Origin: Leptospiraceae bacterium
GTDB taxonomy: Bacteria > Spirochaetota > Leptospiria > Leptospirales > Leptonemataceae
Assembly (NCBI GenBank): GCA_040217195.1
Contig: JAVJNR010000003.1
Location: 736,001-800,000, forward strand
Direction: 5' to 3'
Length of the DNA: 64,000 nucleotides
A model generated the notes under the pieces. The model was not told the origin of the DNA and searched no databases. It worked only from the letters and a program-made list of their open reading frames with translations. Within the stretch, counting starts at the first letter, position 1; every line of letters starts with the position of its first letter. Positions 28,353 to 38,432 of the stretch are shown one piece after another. The position numbers and the translations under genes are program-made.

Positions 28353-29846
28353 TTAATTCATTCCGACTACGGTTTCGAACATGATCTTGGTTCCCAGCTT
28401 AAGGTTGTCCTGGCTCAAGTATTCATTATCCGAATGAGTGCTGCCCAGTTCTTCTGAATTCAGCATCACCGGTGTGAGGCCATAGCAGAGTAATCCAATT
28501 TCGCGCAGATAGGTGTTGTCGGTGTTTCCTGGAGTGATCAGCGGCGTTACAACCGCTTCGGGCACATTCTGTACACTAACTCTGGCCATTACTTTGAAGA
28601 ATTCCGAATCCATGGGCGATGAGTTGGGCATGATAGTACCTATTGGCTTGATCTTGATGCCATATGGTTCAGCCAGTTTTTCCAGTTTTGCCAGATACTT
28701 CTCTGGAGTGGTGTTGGGTAACAGTCGGATATCTACCTTGGCGAACGCCTGATCTGCCACTACATTGATTCCCTCATCCTCATTGGTATTCAACCCGGTA
28801 AGGGCTCGAGTATTGCTGGTCATGGCCACCAGGTATCGGTTGCCCTTCAATGCAGGTAAAATCAAAGGTCTTACCAGAGGGTTGTTATTGCGTTTCATGA
28901 AGAATGATACAGGAAAGCTATAGGCCTCACCCATTTGATAGAGAAAGGTTTCCATCTCCGGCACGATGGTAAGATCCGTTTCCATATCTTGAAGCGCATT
29001 TAAGAATCTTACCATGTTCAGAAGTGCGTATTCACCGGGTGGACGCGCTCCATGACTGGATTCCCCTTTAACGGAAAGTTCCGCCCAGATCTTACCTTTT
29101 TCCGCCCATTGGATGTTAAATATCTTACTTCCTTCTACGGCCACACCTTCAGTGCCCAGGCCACCTTCATTGAATACATATTTATAACCTTCGAACACAT
29201 CCCTGTGTTGATCCACCATGTACTTGACGCCATATTTTCCGTCGCTTTCTTCATCAGCCAGAACCAGCAGCATTAGCTTTCGCTTCAATGGTACATCCAA
29301 TCGTTTCACCAGTAACATGGACATTAATCCCATTACCACATGGCCTTTCATATCGATGGCACCACGGCCCCAGATTTTACCATCGATCAGGGCGCCGGAG
29401 AAAGGAGGCTGTCGCCATTTCTCTTCATTTACTTCTACAACATCGGAATGACCCGTTAGAATAATTCCTTCATCTTTCATGGAAGAATCCATGTTATCAG
29501 GAATGATTTCAGCCACAAGGTTGGAGCGAGTGGGATCCTCGGGATGCTGATAAATACGAACTTCGATTCCTTCGCTTTCTAGAATCTTCTTAATGTAGAG
29601 ACTAACCTGATGCTCATTGCCCCGGATGGTTTTCATCCGAAGTAGATCCTGCAGATAGCCGGTGGCTTCATCCGTTACCGCAGGCCAATTAATATTCTGC
29701 GCTTTTTGAGGGTCCAGTCTGGTGATTTCGCCTTCATCTGCCATTTCAAGAGGCGATGCAGTCCAGAGTGCTGTGATCACCAGCAAGAGTAAAAGCAGGG
29801 AACCAACGATGATAAGGATCTTCTTTACGAGGGAAAGTCTGGACAT
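28353..29846 (-). CDS. M20/M25/M40 family metallopeptidase, membrane-anchored
   Basis: GHSDVV, WGRGAIDMKG, ADEE, NEGG, AEKG, HSDNE; N-terminal TM. Confidence 0.9.
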   Translation of the reverse strand: MSRLSLVKKILIIVGSLLLLLLVITALWTASPLEMADEGEITRLDPQKAQNINWPAVTDEATGYLQDLLRMKTIRGNEHQVSLYIKKILESEGIEVRIYQHPEDPTRSNLVAEIIPDNMDSSMKDEGIILTGHSDVVEVNEEKWRQPPFSGALIDGKIWGRGAIDMKGHVVMGLMSMLLVKRLDVPLKRKLMLLVLADEESDGKYGVKYMVDQHRDVFEGYKYVFNEGGLGTEGVAVEGSKIFNIQWAEKGKIWAELSVKGESSHGARPPGEYALLNMVRFLNALQDMETDLTIVPEMETFLYQMGEAYSFPVSFFMKRNNNPLVRPLILPALKGNRYLVAMTSNTRALTGLNTNEDEGINVVADQAFAKVDIRLLPNTTPEKYLAKLEKLAEPYGIKIKPIGTIMPNSSPMDSEFFKVMARVSVQNVPEAVVTPLITPGNTDNTYLREIGLLCYGLTPVMLNSEELGSTHSDNEYLSQDNLKLGTKIMFETVVGMN

Positions 29847-29967
29847 GGGATCGGTTTTGACGTAGATCCCTGAATCAGTAAATCGCTTTTTTCAAATCCG
29901 GAAGGGGCCCTCTACGAAGCGAAGCAGGCCCCATCGAGGATGAAATTCCTGAAATCTAAGGCTGACT

Positions 29968-31311
29968 TCATGAGACTCTGCTCAGAACTTCGTCTCGCGC
30001 TCTCTGGCCGGATTCCACTGCTCCATCGAAATATCCCATCCATCGCTCGGCCGTTTCTGTACCTGCCCAGTGAATGCGACCAGCTGGCTCTCTAAGGTAT
30101 TTACCGTAATGCATCATGGTACCCGGAATCATAAGTCCAGTATAGCATCCACCGCTCCATTCATCCATGGTCCAGTTTTTCTCAACGTAACCGATGGGTC
30201 TGTCCGCTTTCGGACCAAAGAAGCGTACCAGAGTGCGAATAATAGCAGCCTTCCTCTCTTCTTCAGTGGCAATGGCATAACGCCTTCCTTCTTCACCTTC
30301 CAGGAAGCCCACCAGGTATCCACGAGGATCGTCCGGCAAACAGGCATCAAAAACTGGACCAAACGGCCCCTTATCGCTAATGGCCATACCTGCCATATCA
30401 TCGCTTCTCCAGAAAGGCTTTTCGTAAGCAACTATGGCTTTTGTTACCGAGCCCATGGGCATTCTACGGGCCAGACTCAGTCGCTCCATCGGAGCCGGTG
30501 AGAAATGAATTCCGGTCATTAGATTGGGAGAAAGAGCTACTATGCAGAATCGACCTCGGTGCTGCCCTCTCTGTGTGCGGACCAGGACTTCCGACTCATC
30601 TTGCTCTATGGAGAGCACCGGGCTGGAAAGTGAGATATTTTCTGGTCCCATTCGATCCGCCATTTTCCTGGCAATTTGAAAGGCTCCACCCAGGATTCGA
30701 TCCTGCTGAGCAGCACCTTCTACATCGGCCAGGAGCTCAAAACTGCCGGCTCCCTGTATATAGTTCAAAAAATAGAGAAAGGAAATTTCAGAGGATTCTC
30801 CAGAAAAAATGGCTCGAATGGCAATTCGGATCATTTCCCTGGCAATTTTAGTGGGGACTCCCTGAATCCAGTGCTCGGCTGTAATGGTATCCAGAGCCTC
30901 TGCCCTGTGGTCCTTCCAGGGTTCCTGAGCCAGGGATTGGGCAAGCCGGTTTATCTTCTTGATGGCCCGATCTGCTGAAAGCAAGGAGAGAATTGGCAGG
31001 CGTGGAATGACTCCTTTATACCTGGTCAATTTACCGTGCATTTCCACCAGCTGAAAGCCTTCACTGTGCTGAGGGAATGTGCTCAGCTCCAATTCCTGGA
31101 TTAAACCCATGATCCTGGTCTGGGTAGGGCCCACCCACTGACCGCCTAGATCGAAAGACCGGTCCAGGAGTTTCCCTTCCATGGTCCGTCCCCCCACTCG
31201 ATCCCTGGCCTCCAGAACCTGAACGCTCCGGCCTGCCTTTTTTAGCTCATGGGCTGCGGTCAGGCCAGCCAGACCGGCTCCTACAATGATGACATCCTTC
31301 ACTTCTTCCAT
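29968..31311 (-). CDS. Flavin monoamine oxidase family protein
   Basis: GAGLAGL, LEARDRVGGRT, DLGGQWVGPTQ, IHWAGTETA..GYFDGAVESG. Confidence 0.93.
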   Translation of the reverse strand: MEEVKDVIIVGAGLAGLTAAHELKKAGRSVQVLEARDRVGGRTMEGKLLDRSFDLGGQWVGPTQTRIMGLIQELELSTFPQHSEGFQLVEMHGKLTRYKGVIPRLPILSLLSADRAIKKINRLAQSLAQEPWKDHRAEALDTITAEHWIQGVPTKIAREMIRIAIRAIFSGESSEISFLYFLNYIQGAGSFELLADVEGAAQQDRILGGAFQIARKMADRMGPENISLSSPVLSIEQDESEVLVRTQRGQHRGRFCIVALSPNLMTGIHFSPAPMERLSLARRMPMGSVTKAIVAYEKPFWRSDDMAGMAISDKGPFGPVFDACLPDDPRGYLVGFLEGEEGRRYAIATEEERKAAIIRTLVRFFGPKADRPIGYVEKNWTMDEWSGGCYTGLMIPGTMMHYGKYLREPAGRIHWAGTETAERWMGYFDGAVESGQRARDEVLSRVS

Positions 31312-31346
31312 TTTTTCCCCCTGCTTTCCCTTTCTTGATCATTAAA

Positions 31347-31360
31347 ATATACGCGTATAT
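31347..31360. promoter_or_regulatory. Perfect palindrome, candidate TetR operator
   Basis: ATATACGCGTATAT between the divergent amine oxidase and TetR genes. Confidence 0.6.
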
Positions 31361-31489
31361 CTAAATTTTCGGATGCATCCCTTTTTCTGCTCGCTCTGCT
31401 CAAACTGGCTCATACACTTGGAGCCGTGTAGTCTCGAAAATAGACCAGGCAACCGAGAAGAGTCAGATTCAGCCATTTAGAGAATTTCC

Positions 31490-32164
31490 ATGTCTAGCTC
31501 AGCAACCAGAGGCCCATCCGGGGCCAAACGCGGAAGGCCGGCCTTAACAGCACAAGAATTGGAGGAAGGCAGACAACATATTCTGTCTGTGGCTCGCTCC
31601 CTGTTCCAGAAGGATGGCTACGAAGCTGTCACAATTAGAAAGATCATGGAGCATACTTCCAGGTCTCCCATGATGTTCTATCGCTACTTTGCAAACAAAC
31701 GTGCAGTCATCCGATTTATCTGGGCAGACATTCTAACCAACTTCTTTGACCATTGCAAGGATTCCATCAGCCGAATTCAGAGTCCGGAGTTTCGCCTGGA
31801 GGGATTCTTGCGAGCAGCCATTCACTTCTGGCTGGATCGACCGGATGATTTTCGCATTCTCTATTTAAACCAGGACAGACTGGAATCAGACGAAGATTCC
31901 TATTTTGCACATGAACCAGAAGGGTATGCCCAGAGCGAAATCATTGATGAGTTACTTCTGGAATGGAATGGCCAGATCAACGCCCAGGATCTTCCACTCT
32001 TCCGTCAGCATATCATACTGCAGGTACTGGGAATGAGCTTTTCTTTAATTGTGCTTCCGGAATTGCCGTGGAGACCAGCTTCAGAGCTAATCGATGAAAC
32101 CGTAAAAAGCCTGTTTCTCTGGCTAAGAAATAAGTTGGAACAAGATAGAATCCGCCCGGCTTAG
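31490..32164 (+). CDS. TetR/AcrR family transcriptional regulator
   Basis: ILSVARSLFQKDGYEAVTIRKI..FYRYFANK HTH. Confidence 0.9.
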   Translation: MSSSATRGPSGAKRGRPALTAQELEEGRQHILSVARSLFQKDGYEAVTIRKIMEHTSRSPMMFYRYFANKRAVIRFIWADILTNFFDHCKDSISRIQSPEFRLEGFLRAAIHFWLDRPDDFRILYLNQDRLESDEDSYFAHEPEGYAQSEIIDELLLEWNGQINAQDLPLFRQHIILQVLGMSFSLIVLPELPWRPASELIDETVKSLFLWLRNKLEQDRIRPA

Positions 32165-32934
32165 TTCAGAAATGGATAAGGCTCAGCGCGATAGGGATAC
32201 CAGACCCAGGGTTCCAGTCCCCAGCGAAAGTCAGAAGGCCAGAGGATGGACTCTGAGTCTTCTGAACGGATCACTTCTTCCAGAATAAACCCATTTTCTT
32301 CCAGAGTTTGCCTGTAAACAGTGACCTGGCATTCCTGCGGTGAATACCAGGTAAAGTCCAGAAGATAGATTTCCCCTGGATGAACATTCAATAGCACTTC
32401 GGTTTTACATCCTGACTTTCGCTCAACAGAGACCCGAGTGACTCGTAGCCTCCAACTATATCCATCGAAATAAGTTACCTGTTCCATCCTGCTTTCTTGC
32501 CACCGAACGTACATCTGCGTTGTTAACTTTGACTCACCGGGAGCAATCCTTCCAGCGTCCATTGCCAGGCGGGGGATATTCCTCGAGTTCTGTTTTCCTT
32601 TTACAGGCCGATCGATGCCTGTATAATCGTGGAGCGCCTCATGGAAGACTCCTGCTGTTCCACCCTGGATACTAACTTCGGTATGAATCGTTGACTCAGG
32701 AATTTGATTTAATGTATGGAATTTTAGCTTGAGAATGGCAGACGGTTCATTCGCTAACGGAAAACGATAGGCAGAACTATGAAAGAAGCAGGATGTTCCG
32801 CCGGTATAAGCATACAGTAAGACGAAGCCACATAGCAACCCTCTGAGGGCTTTTGCACAATGGAGATACGAAAGAACTGGACTGCTATATTTCTGATCAG
32901 GACTGAATAACATTAGCGAAAGTCTTCCTCGCAT
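32161..32934 (-). CDS. Hypothetical exported/lipoprotein
   Basis: Hydrophobic leader ending GTSC and a beta-rich body; start position uncertain. Confidence 0.55.
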   Translation of the reverse strand: MRGRLSLMLFSPDQKYSSPVLSYLHCAKALRGLLCGFVLLYAYTGGTSCFFHSSAYRFPLANEPSAILKLKFHTLNQIPESTIHTEVSIQGGTAGVFHEALHDYTGIDRPVKGKQNSRNIPRLAMDAGRIAPGESKLTTQMYVRWQESRMEQVTYFDGYSWRLRVTRVSVERKSGCKTEVLLNVHPGEIYLLDFTWYSPQECQVTVYRQTLEENGFILEEVIRSEDSESILWPSDFRWGLEPWVWYPYRAEPYPFLN

Positions 32935-33149
32935 TTAAGGATGCATCTTGCCAGGGTTTCCTTACATTGATCAATATTCGCAGAGGTTCGGGCCTGCAGC
33001 ATACATATGTTTTGATATTCAACGCAGTTTCTCTTACAGGGAAGAAGCCCGGGATTTTCCCTGAAGGTTTCGCAATGCATGTATGCCAGGCCAAAAACCA
33101 GAAAAAGAGTCATTCCCATCCGTTTTGCTGCCTTTTTACCCTTTCGCAT
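32913..33149 (-). CDS. Small cysteine-rich lipoprotein
   Basis: Basic N-terminus, hydrophobic stretch, YMHC lipobox, then C-X3-C-X6-C and C-X6-C-X3-C; GAGG upstream of ATG 33149. Confidence 0.55.
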   Translation of the reverse strand: MRKGKKAAKRMGMTLFLVFGLAYMHCETFRENPGLLPCKRNCVEYQNICMLQARTSANIDQCKETLARCILKCEEDFR

Positions 33150-33465
33150 CTCTAGCCTCGATTTTTCTTTGCCATAATTCAGTATCGCATACTCTGCTGC
33201 CGTTGGCTTCCACAAAATAGCTATACAGTGCCCCTGGCGGCCAGGCAAATCCAGAAAGCAAAGAGTCGTATGCATTCCTGATCCAAATTTCCCGGCGCTC
33301 AAGATTTCTCGAAACACCCGCCTATCATACTTGGGGGAGCCAAACATTATATCCGGAAAGATGGCCCGGTGAAAAGCTCCGCAACGCTTTCGAAGTATAA
33401 GCTGGATAAACCAGAGTAGAATACAAAAAAACTATACTGATAGAACCGTTCAGCCACCATCGATT

Positions 33466-33891
33466 ATGGAACCTAGAATCAGCATGATCACTCTTGGAGT
33501 AGACGATGTGCAACGCTCCGTTCAATTCTATGAATCCGGGCTGAAATTGCCCCGATTGGATTTCGAATCCCCGGAGGTGGCTTTCTTTACTCTGAACGGC
33601 ACCTGGCTGGGAATCTTTGGAAAAAAGGATCTCGCAAAAGATGCCGGAGTGGAATTCTCAGAGAGTCAATTTCCTGGTTTTTCCCTGGCGCATAACCTGA
33701 GCAGTGAAGCAGAAGTGGATGAAGTTATGGATACTGTGGTAGCCGCCGGGGCCCGGCTGATCAAAAAACCGCAGAAGGTGTTCTGGGGTGGCTACAGTGG
33801 ATATTTCGCAGACCCGGATGGATATCTATGGGAACTGGCATACAATCCCATGATGTGGATAGGCCCCCCTTCTTCCAGCGAAAAGACCTGA
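33466..33891 (+). CDS. VOC family protein
   Basis: RISMITLGVDD..FY, SLAHN, VFWGGYSGYFADPDGYLWELAYNP. Confidence 0.92.
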   Translation: MEPRISMITLGVDDVQRSVQFYESGLKLPRLDFESPEVAFFTLNGTWLGIFGKKDLAKDAGVEFSESQFPGFSLAHNLSSEAEVDEVMDTVVAAGARLIKKPQKVFWGGYSGYFADPDGYLWELAYNPMMWIGPPSSSEKT

Positions 33892-34142
33892 CACTGAATA
33901 TTCCACTAGAACATTAAAGACAGACGGCGTTGCCAGAGTACACAGATGCCCTTGCCATAGCATCGGGCGAAATTACATCTGAGCTCCTGCTCGGCCGGGT
34001 GCACAGTGGCATCCGGAGTTCCACTGATTTGATCAGTAATCAATGTCATTCTGCCCACTAAATCAGTTTCTCCGGTGAATTTAAAATTGCAGAGTCTGTT
34101 GAGTTGGCGCGAAAAATCAAGGCAGCCTGGACTTGCGCCCAA

Positions 34143-34979
34143 CTACTTTCCGTTTAAAGACCAATCATAATCTAAATACTGAACATCCCAGGATCGGAGA
34201 GCATTCTCCGGGCTTTCCATGGACTCCTGCCAGGAAAAGGGAAAGTATTTCCACAATACATTGATTAGTGGTGTTTTGCCCCCGGTAAAATCCTTCTCGA
34301 ACCATTTAAAAATACGCGAAAGATAGATGGTTCGAGTTTTCGGATCTATGCGATTGCGAATCTCAGAAGCCAGAAATTCTTTCAGTTGCTCGTCCAGCTG
34401 TTCGTCGATTCGCTCCGGCGTAAACGCTTCAGTAAGAAGAAGAGGACAACTAACACTGGCGCATACTATTCCTGCATGAATTCGGTAGTCATTGTAATCT
34501 GGTCGCAATATCTGATGCTCTATTCCGTCTAGAGTGTATTGATTGTTTCCAACAGGAAATTTATGAATCTTCCAGATGGTCTGGCCCAGAGCCGTGGAGG
34601 TGTACAGTCCTCCGGCCCCATGAAGATCATTGATGGACTCCACTGGATAACCCAGGCAGATCAAATCCAGGGTAAATGCATTGTATGCATTGATCCAGAA
34701 TGCCAGGCCCTGTTCTCTGGTTTCTATGGTTGTGGTATCCACGGATCTAAATCCCTGCATTACCTTCTCCAGCCGAGGATCTTTGCACATTCCTGCATAG
34801 TCCACATTTCCGTTTTCAACATAATCGGTGAGCAGATTCGTATAACTACTATACAGAGGATCCAGATTGGTTACTGATATCATTCCAACCGGTGGCTCAT
34901 ATGTGCGATCTGGAAGTCCGGAACAATACGAATAGCCCAGGATAAGACCAGCCAACATTAGAATCGGAAAAGGCTTCAT
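34143..34979 (-). CDS. DUF547 domain lipoprotein
   Basis: VDYAG, LAFWINAYNA, TLDGIEHQILR, RIHAGIVCASVSCP, SRIFKWF..DF, YDWSLN. Confidence 0.9.
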   Translation of the reverse strand: MKPFPILMLAGLILGYSYCSGLPDRTYEPPVGMISVTNLDPLYSSYTNLLTDYVENGNVDYAGMCKDPRLEKVMQGFRSVDTTTIETREQGLAFWINAYNAFTLDLICLGYPVESINDLHGAGGLYTSTALGQTIWKIHKFPVGNNQYTLDGIEHQILRPDYNDYRIHAGIVCASVSCPLLLTEAFTPERIDEQLDEQLKEFLASEIRNRIDPKTRTIYLSRIFKWFEKDFTGGKTPLINVLWKYFPFSWQESMESPENALRSWDVQYLDYDWSLNGK

Positions 34980-35043
34980 GTAGATTTGTTCGAACTGCGA
35001 ACCGTTCGGTTACTTTTTTAGAGTGTTTCCAGTAGGATAAGAA

Positions 35044-35946
35044 TTAGAGCAACGACCATACGATGGCACCAAGCACCAGGATTCCAAGAAGTAGTCCGCC
35101 AAAGATGGCAAATTGCATGACTGAAATATCGCCTGCAATACCCGCATGATGGCCACCCATGGCCGATGCATCCTGCTTTTTGGAGGAAGGAGTGTATGTT
35201 CGTACCTTGATATTCGTATTTTCTTCCAGGATGTAGCCTTCCCCTTTCCCTGGAAGCTGGATTCGAATCATTGTTTCTTTGCTGTCGGACATTCGCTTCA
35301 TGGAAAGAATTCTTCCCACAGCCTCTGCCCTTCCGTCTTTAACTTCGATCCCCTGATTCTTGAGGTATTTCTCTGTTCCCGGTGCATTTACATCCTTGAA
35401 GCGAACATGAACCCTTTGATCTATTTGTAATCGGAAAAGTGGAATTCCCTGGAATGGAGAAATAATAAAGTTTAATGGCATCCCGGCAGCATCCAGTTCT
35501 GCAGCTTCGGTACGTTTGTTTTCTTCATCCAGATCGCTAATAAGCAATTCGATTTCCGGACTGTGAAGTCCAAGGGAAACCTCCAGATCCTGGGCCCACT
35601 CATATTCCAGTGTTGTAAGATCTCCCGAGTTTAGAAGCTCCACCATACGGTCCGCTTTGACGATGTTTTCGCTATGCGATTGGAGGAAGCGCTGAATGTC
35701 CTGAGTGGCTCCTGGATCCACCTGCCCTTGAAACTCCCTTGTGCGAAGCCAACCGCCAAATTCCTTCCAGGGTGCATCCAGAGGAATGCTCATATATTCG
35801 CTGCCGCTGCCAGCATTACCGCTCCATTCCATTACCTGGGAGCGATCCAAATCTATGAGCAAGAATCCAGTATATATCAACTGGTCACCGGGTATCCTGA
35901 ATTTCAAGACCCGCTTCTGCCCTGAGCTGTCCTTTTTGCCTGCCAC
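35044..35946 (-). CDS. Hypothetical protein with a C-terminal membrane anchor
   Basis: 300-aa ORF, GTG start with GAGG RBS, C-terminal TM helix. Confidence 0.65.
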   Translation of the reverse strand: MAGKKDSSGQKRVLKFRIPGDQLIYTGFLLIDLDRSQVMEWSGNAGSGSEYMSIPLDAPWKEFGGWLRTREFQGQVDPGATQDIQRFLQSHSENIVKADRMVELLNSGDLTTLEYEWAQDLEVSLGLHSPEIELLISDLDEENKRTEAAELDAAGMPLNFIISPFQGIPLFRLQIDQRVHVRFKDVNAPGTEKYLKNQGIEVKDGRAEAVGRILSMKRMSDSKETMIRIQLPGKGEGYILEENTNIKVRTYTPSSKKQDASAMGGHHAGIAGDISVMQFAIFGGLLLGILVLGAIVWSLL

Positions 35947-36094
35947 AATCTTCCTCGGTATGGTTCAGCGTTTTCCAGTGGATCGGACCAGGCCACATCT
36001 TTTTTGTAGAAATCCTGCCCTCGGGCAGAACTTTGGAGCCAGCAATCAGCCCGGGCTTTCTATGGAAGATAGAAGGTCCTTAATGGAGAATGGA

Positions 36095-37381
36095 ATGAAT
36101 CGCGAACGATCCGAGCAGCTATACAAAAGAGCGCTGGAAGTACTTCCAGGCGGGGTTAACAGTCCAGTGCGTGCCTTTCGTTCTGTGGGAGGTACTCCGG
36201 TATTTATGGAATCCGGTGAAGGCTGTGAAGTAGTAGATGTGGATGGCAATCGGTATCTGGACTTCTGTAATTCCTGGGGTCCGCTGATATGCGGCCACCG
36301 ACACCCGGACATAGTGAAGGCTATTCGTGAACAGCTGGATAAGTCTCTTACTCTGGGAATTCCCACTGAAAGCGAAGTGAAGCTGGCGGAATACATTCTG
36401 GATGGATTTCGCAAAGCATTACCGTCGGTTCGAAAAATTCGCTTCGTAAGCTCCGGAACGGAAGCTGTCATGAGCGCGGTGAGGCTGGCCCGTGGCTTCA
36501 CAGGTCGTAATAAGATTATCAAGTTTGATGGATGTTACCACGGCCATTCCGATGCACTTCTGGTAAAAGCTGGTTCCGGCCTGGCTACGGCAGGTATTCC
36601 CGACTCAAGCGGAGTACCGGAAGCCATGACCAGCGATATCATCGTACTGCCACTGGACGACGAAGAAGCCGTAAAGCAGGCTTTCCAATCCCATGGATCG
36701 GAAATTGCTGCCATTATTCTTGAGCCAGTTCCGGCCAACAATGGACTATTGATTCAACGACCAGAATTCCTGCAGTACCTTCGCGACATTACACAGCAGA
36801 ACGGATCGCTATTGATATTTGATGAAGTGATCAACGGCTTTCGCCTGGCCTTTGCCGGTGCTGCCGAGTATCTGGGCATAGAACCGGATCTAATTACTTA
36901 CGGTAAAATTATAGGTGGAGGAATGCCTGTTGGTGCTTTCGCAGGTAGAGATGACATATTCAAGTTGCTGGCACCGGATGGACCGGTGTATCAGGCAGGC
37001 ACATTGAGCGGTAATCCAGTGGCCATGGAAGCCGGTCTTGCACAGATGAAGCTATTGACTCCGGAACTATATAAGAATCTTGAATCAAATCGAAATCAGA
37101 TGCAAGAAGCGTTTAATTCCAGGGACTTCGATTTTAAAATGACCGGAATTGGCTCCATATTCTGGTTCCATTCGGGTGAGGCACCGCGAACATCTGCTGC
37201 CATTGATCGTGATTCTATGAAAACCTATGCGGCTTTATTTCATCATTGTCTGGATCATGGTATTTATATGGCTCCCTCCGGCTATGAAGTTGGATTCTTG
37301 AGCTCTGCCATGCAGCAAAAGGATCTGGATTACTTTCTGGATACTATATTCGCATTCTTCAAGAATGCGCCCGGAGTCTGA
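36095..37381 (+). CDS. hemL: Glutamate-1-semialdehyde 2,1-aminomutase
   Basis: PGGVNSPVRAF, SWGPLI.GH, VSSGTEA, GCYHGH, IFDEV..GFR, GKIIGGGMP, YQAGTLSGNP. Confidence 0.97.
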   Translation: MNRERSEQLYKRALEVLPGGVNSPVRAFRSVGGTPVFMESGEGCEVVDVDGNRYLDFCNSWGPLICGHRHPDIVKAIREQLDKSLTLGIPTESEVKLAEYILDGFRKALPSVRKIRFVSSGTEAVMSAVRLARGFTGRNKIIKFDGCYHGHSDALLVKAGSGLATAGIPDSSGVPEAMTSDIIVLPLDDEEAVKQAFQSHGSEIAAIILEPVPANNGLLIQRPEFLQYLRDITQQNGSLLIFDEVINGFRLAFAGAAEYLGIEPDLITYGKIIGGGMPVGAFAGRDDIFKLLAPDGPVYQAGTLSGNPVAMEAGLAQMKLLTPELYKNLESNRNQMQEAFNSRDFDFKMTGIGSIFWFHSGEAPRTSAAIDRDSMKTYAALFHHCLDHGIYMAPSGYEVGFLSSAMQQKDLDYFLDTIFAFFKNAPGV

Positions 37382-37382
37382 C

Positions 37383-38429
37383 ATGCCAGCGAGAAGACGT
37401 AGTTTTATTCCCACATTTCTGCTACCGGTGCTCTTTCTGGTTATCATTGGACAGCTCATCTGGTGGATGGTCTTCTTTCGCATGCAGGATCAGAAAATGG
37501 CACAAATGCAGCAAGAGCTGGATGCATTACATCTGGAAAGGCTAGATCAGATTTCCCCGGATCAGCCTGACCTCCAGGAAACCGAGATGGCCATTCGCAC
37601 AGAAACTGGCTGGAAGATGAAAGACCAGGTCATTGAAGAGCGAGAAAACGAAAGTCAGCGAAAACGATGGATGCTACTTTCTGAAAGTCTATTTGCTTTT
37701 GCCGTAATGGGAGCAGGTTCTTACTATGTGATCAACGCATTTCGCAAAGAAAAGGAGCTCCTGAAGGAAAAGGAGCTTTTTCTAAATTCCGTCAGCCATG
37801 AATTAAAAACACCCATTGCAGGATTGCAACTAAACCTACAGACTCTACAAAAAAGAAATCTGAATGAATCCAAGCGAGAAGAGATCCTGGATGATACCAT
37901 TTCACAGATTCGCAACCTCAATTCCACGGTGGCCCAGTTGCTACCGGGGGAATTAACATCCGATGCAGGAGGCAAACGTACCGCGGATCTGGAATCAGCT
38001 CTGCGCCTGGGTATTGAAAACCAAAGGGCACTAATAGACAGCAAGAAGGCTAAAATTCATCAAAGCATACCCGAGGTGCATCTGGCCATTCCGGAAGTGC
38101 TTCTGGGAAGGGCTCTGGGGCATATTATCGAAAACAGTTTAATGTACGGACCGGAAGGTGTACAGATCTGGATTCGAACGGAAGAGCATCCAGAACACTG
38201 TCATCTGGTCATCGAAGATAATGGGCCTGGAGTTCCGCCATCGGATTTGAGCCACATTTTCGATCCACTGGTTCGCCTGAATAATCACAAAGGTTATATC
38301 AAAGGCACCGGCATGGGGCTTTACATCGTTCAGGAGATTTTGCATCAATGGTCCGCCGGAATACAGGCAGAGGTGCGAGAAGGAGGCGGCCTGAGAATGA
38401 ACCTGGAAATTCCCCGCCTATCAACCTGA
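37383..38429 (+). CDS. Sensor histidine kinase (Leptospira Hklep/HemK-like, heme regulation)
   Basis: Two TM helices around a periplasmic loop, SHELKTPI, EDNGPG, GTGMGL; lies between hemL and hemE. Confidence 0.9.
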   Translation: MPARRRSFIPTFLLPVLFLVIIGQLIWWMVFFRMQDQKMAQMQQELDALHLERLDQISPDQPDLQETEMAIRTETGWKMKDQVIEERENESQRKRWMLLSESLFAFAVMGAGSYYVINAFRKEKELLKEKELFLNSVSHELKTPIAGLQLNLQTLQKRNLNESKREEILDDTISQIRNLNSTVAQLLPGELTSDAGGKRTADLESALRLGIENQRALIDSKKAKIHQSIPEVHLAIPEVLLGRALGHIIENSLMYGPEGVQIWIRTEEHPEHCHLVIEDNGPGVPPSDLSHIFDPLVRLNNHKGYIKGTGMGLYIVQEILHQWSAGIQAEVREGGGLRMNLEIPRLST

Positions 38430-38432
38430 TTT

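Noticed and set aside
35741..36094. Long N-terminal extension of HemL from the ORF track
   Set aside because: It overlaps the divergent gene at 35044-35946; HemL homology begins near MNRERS.
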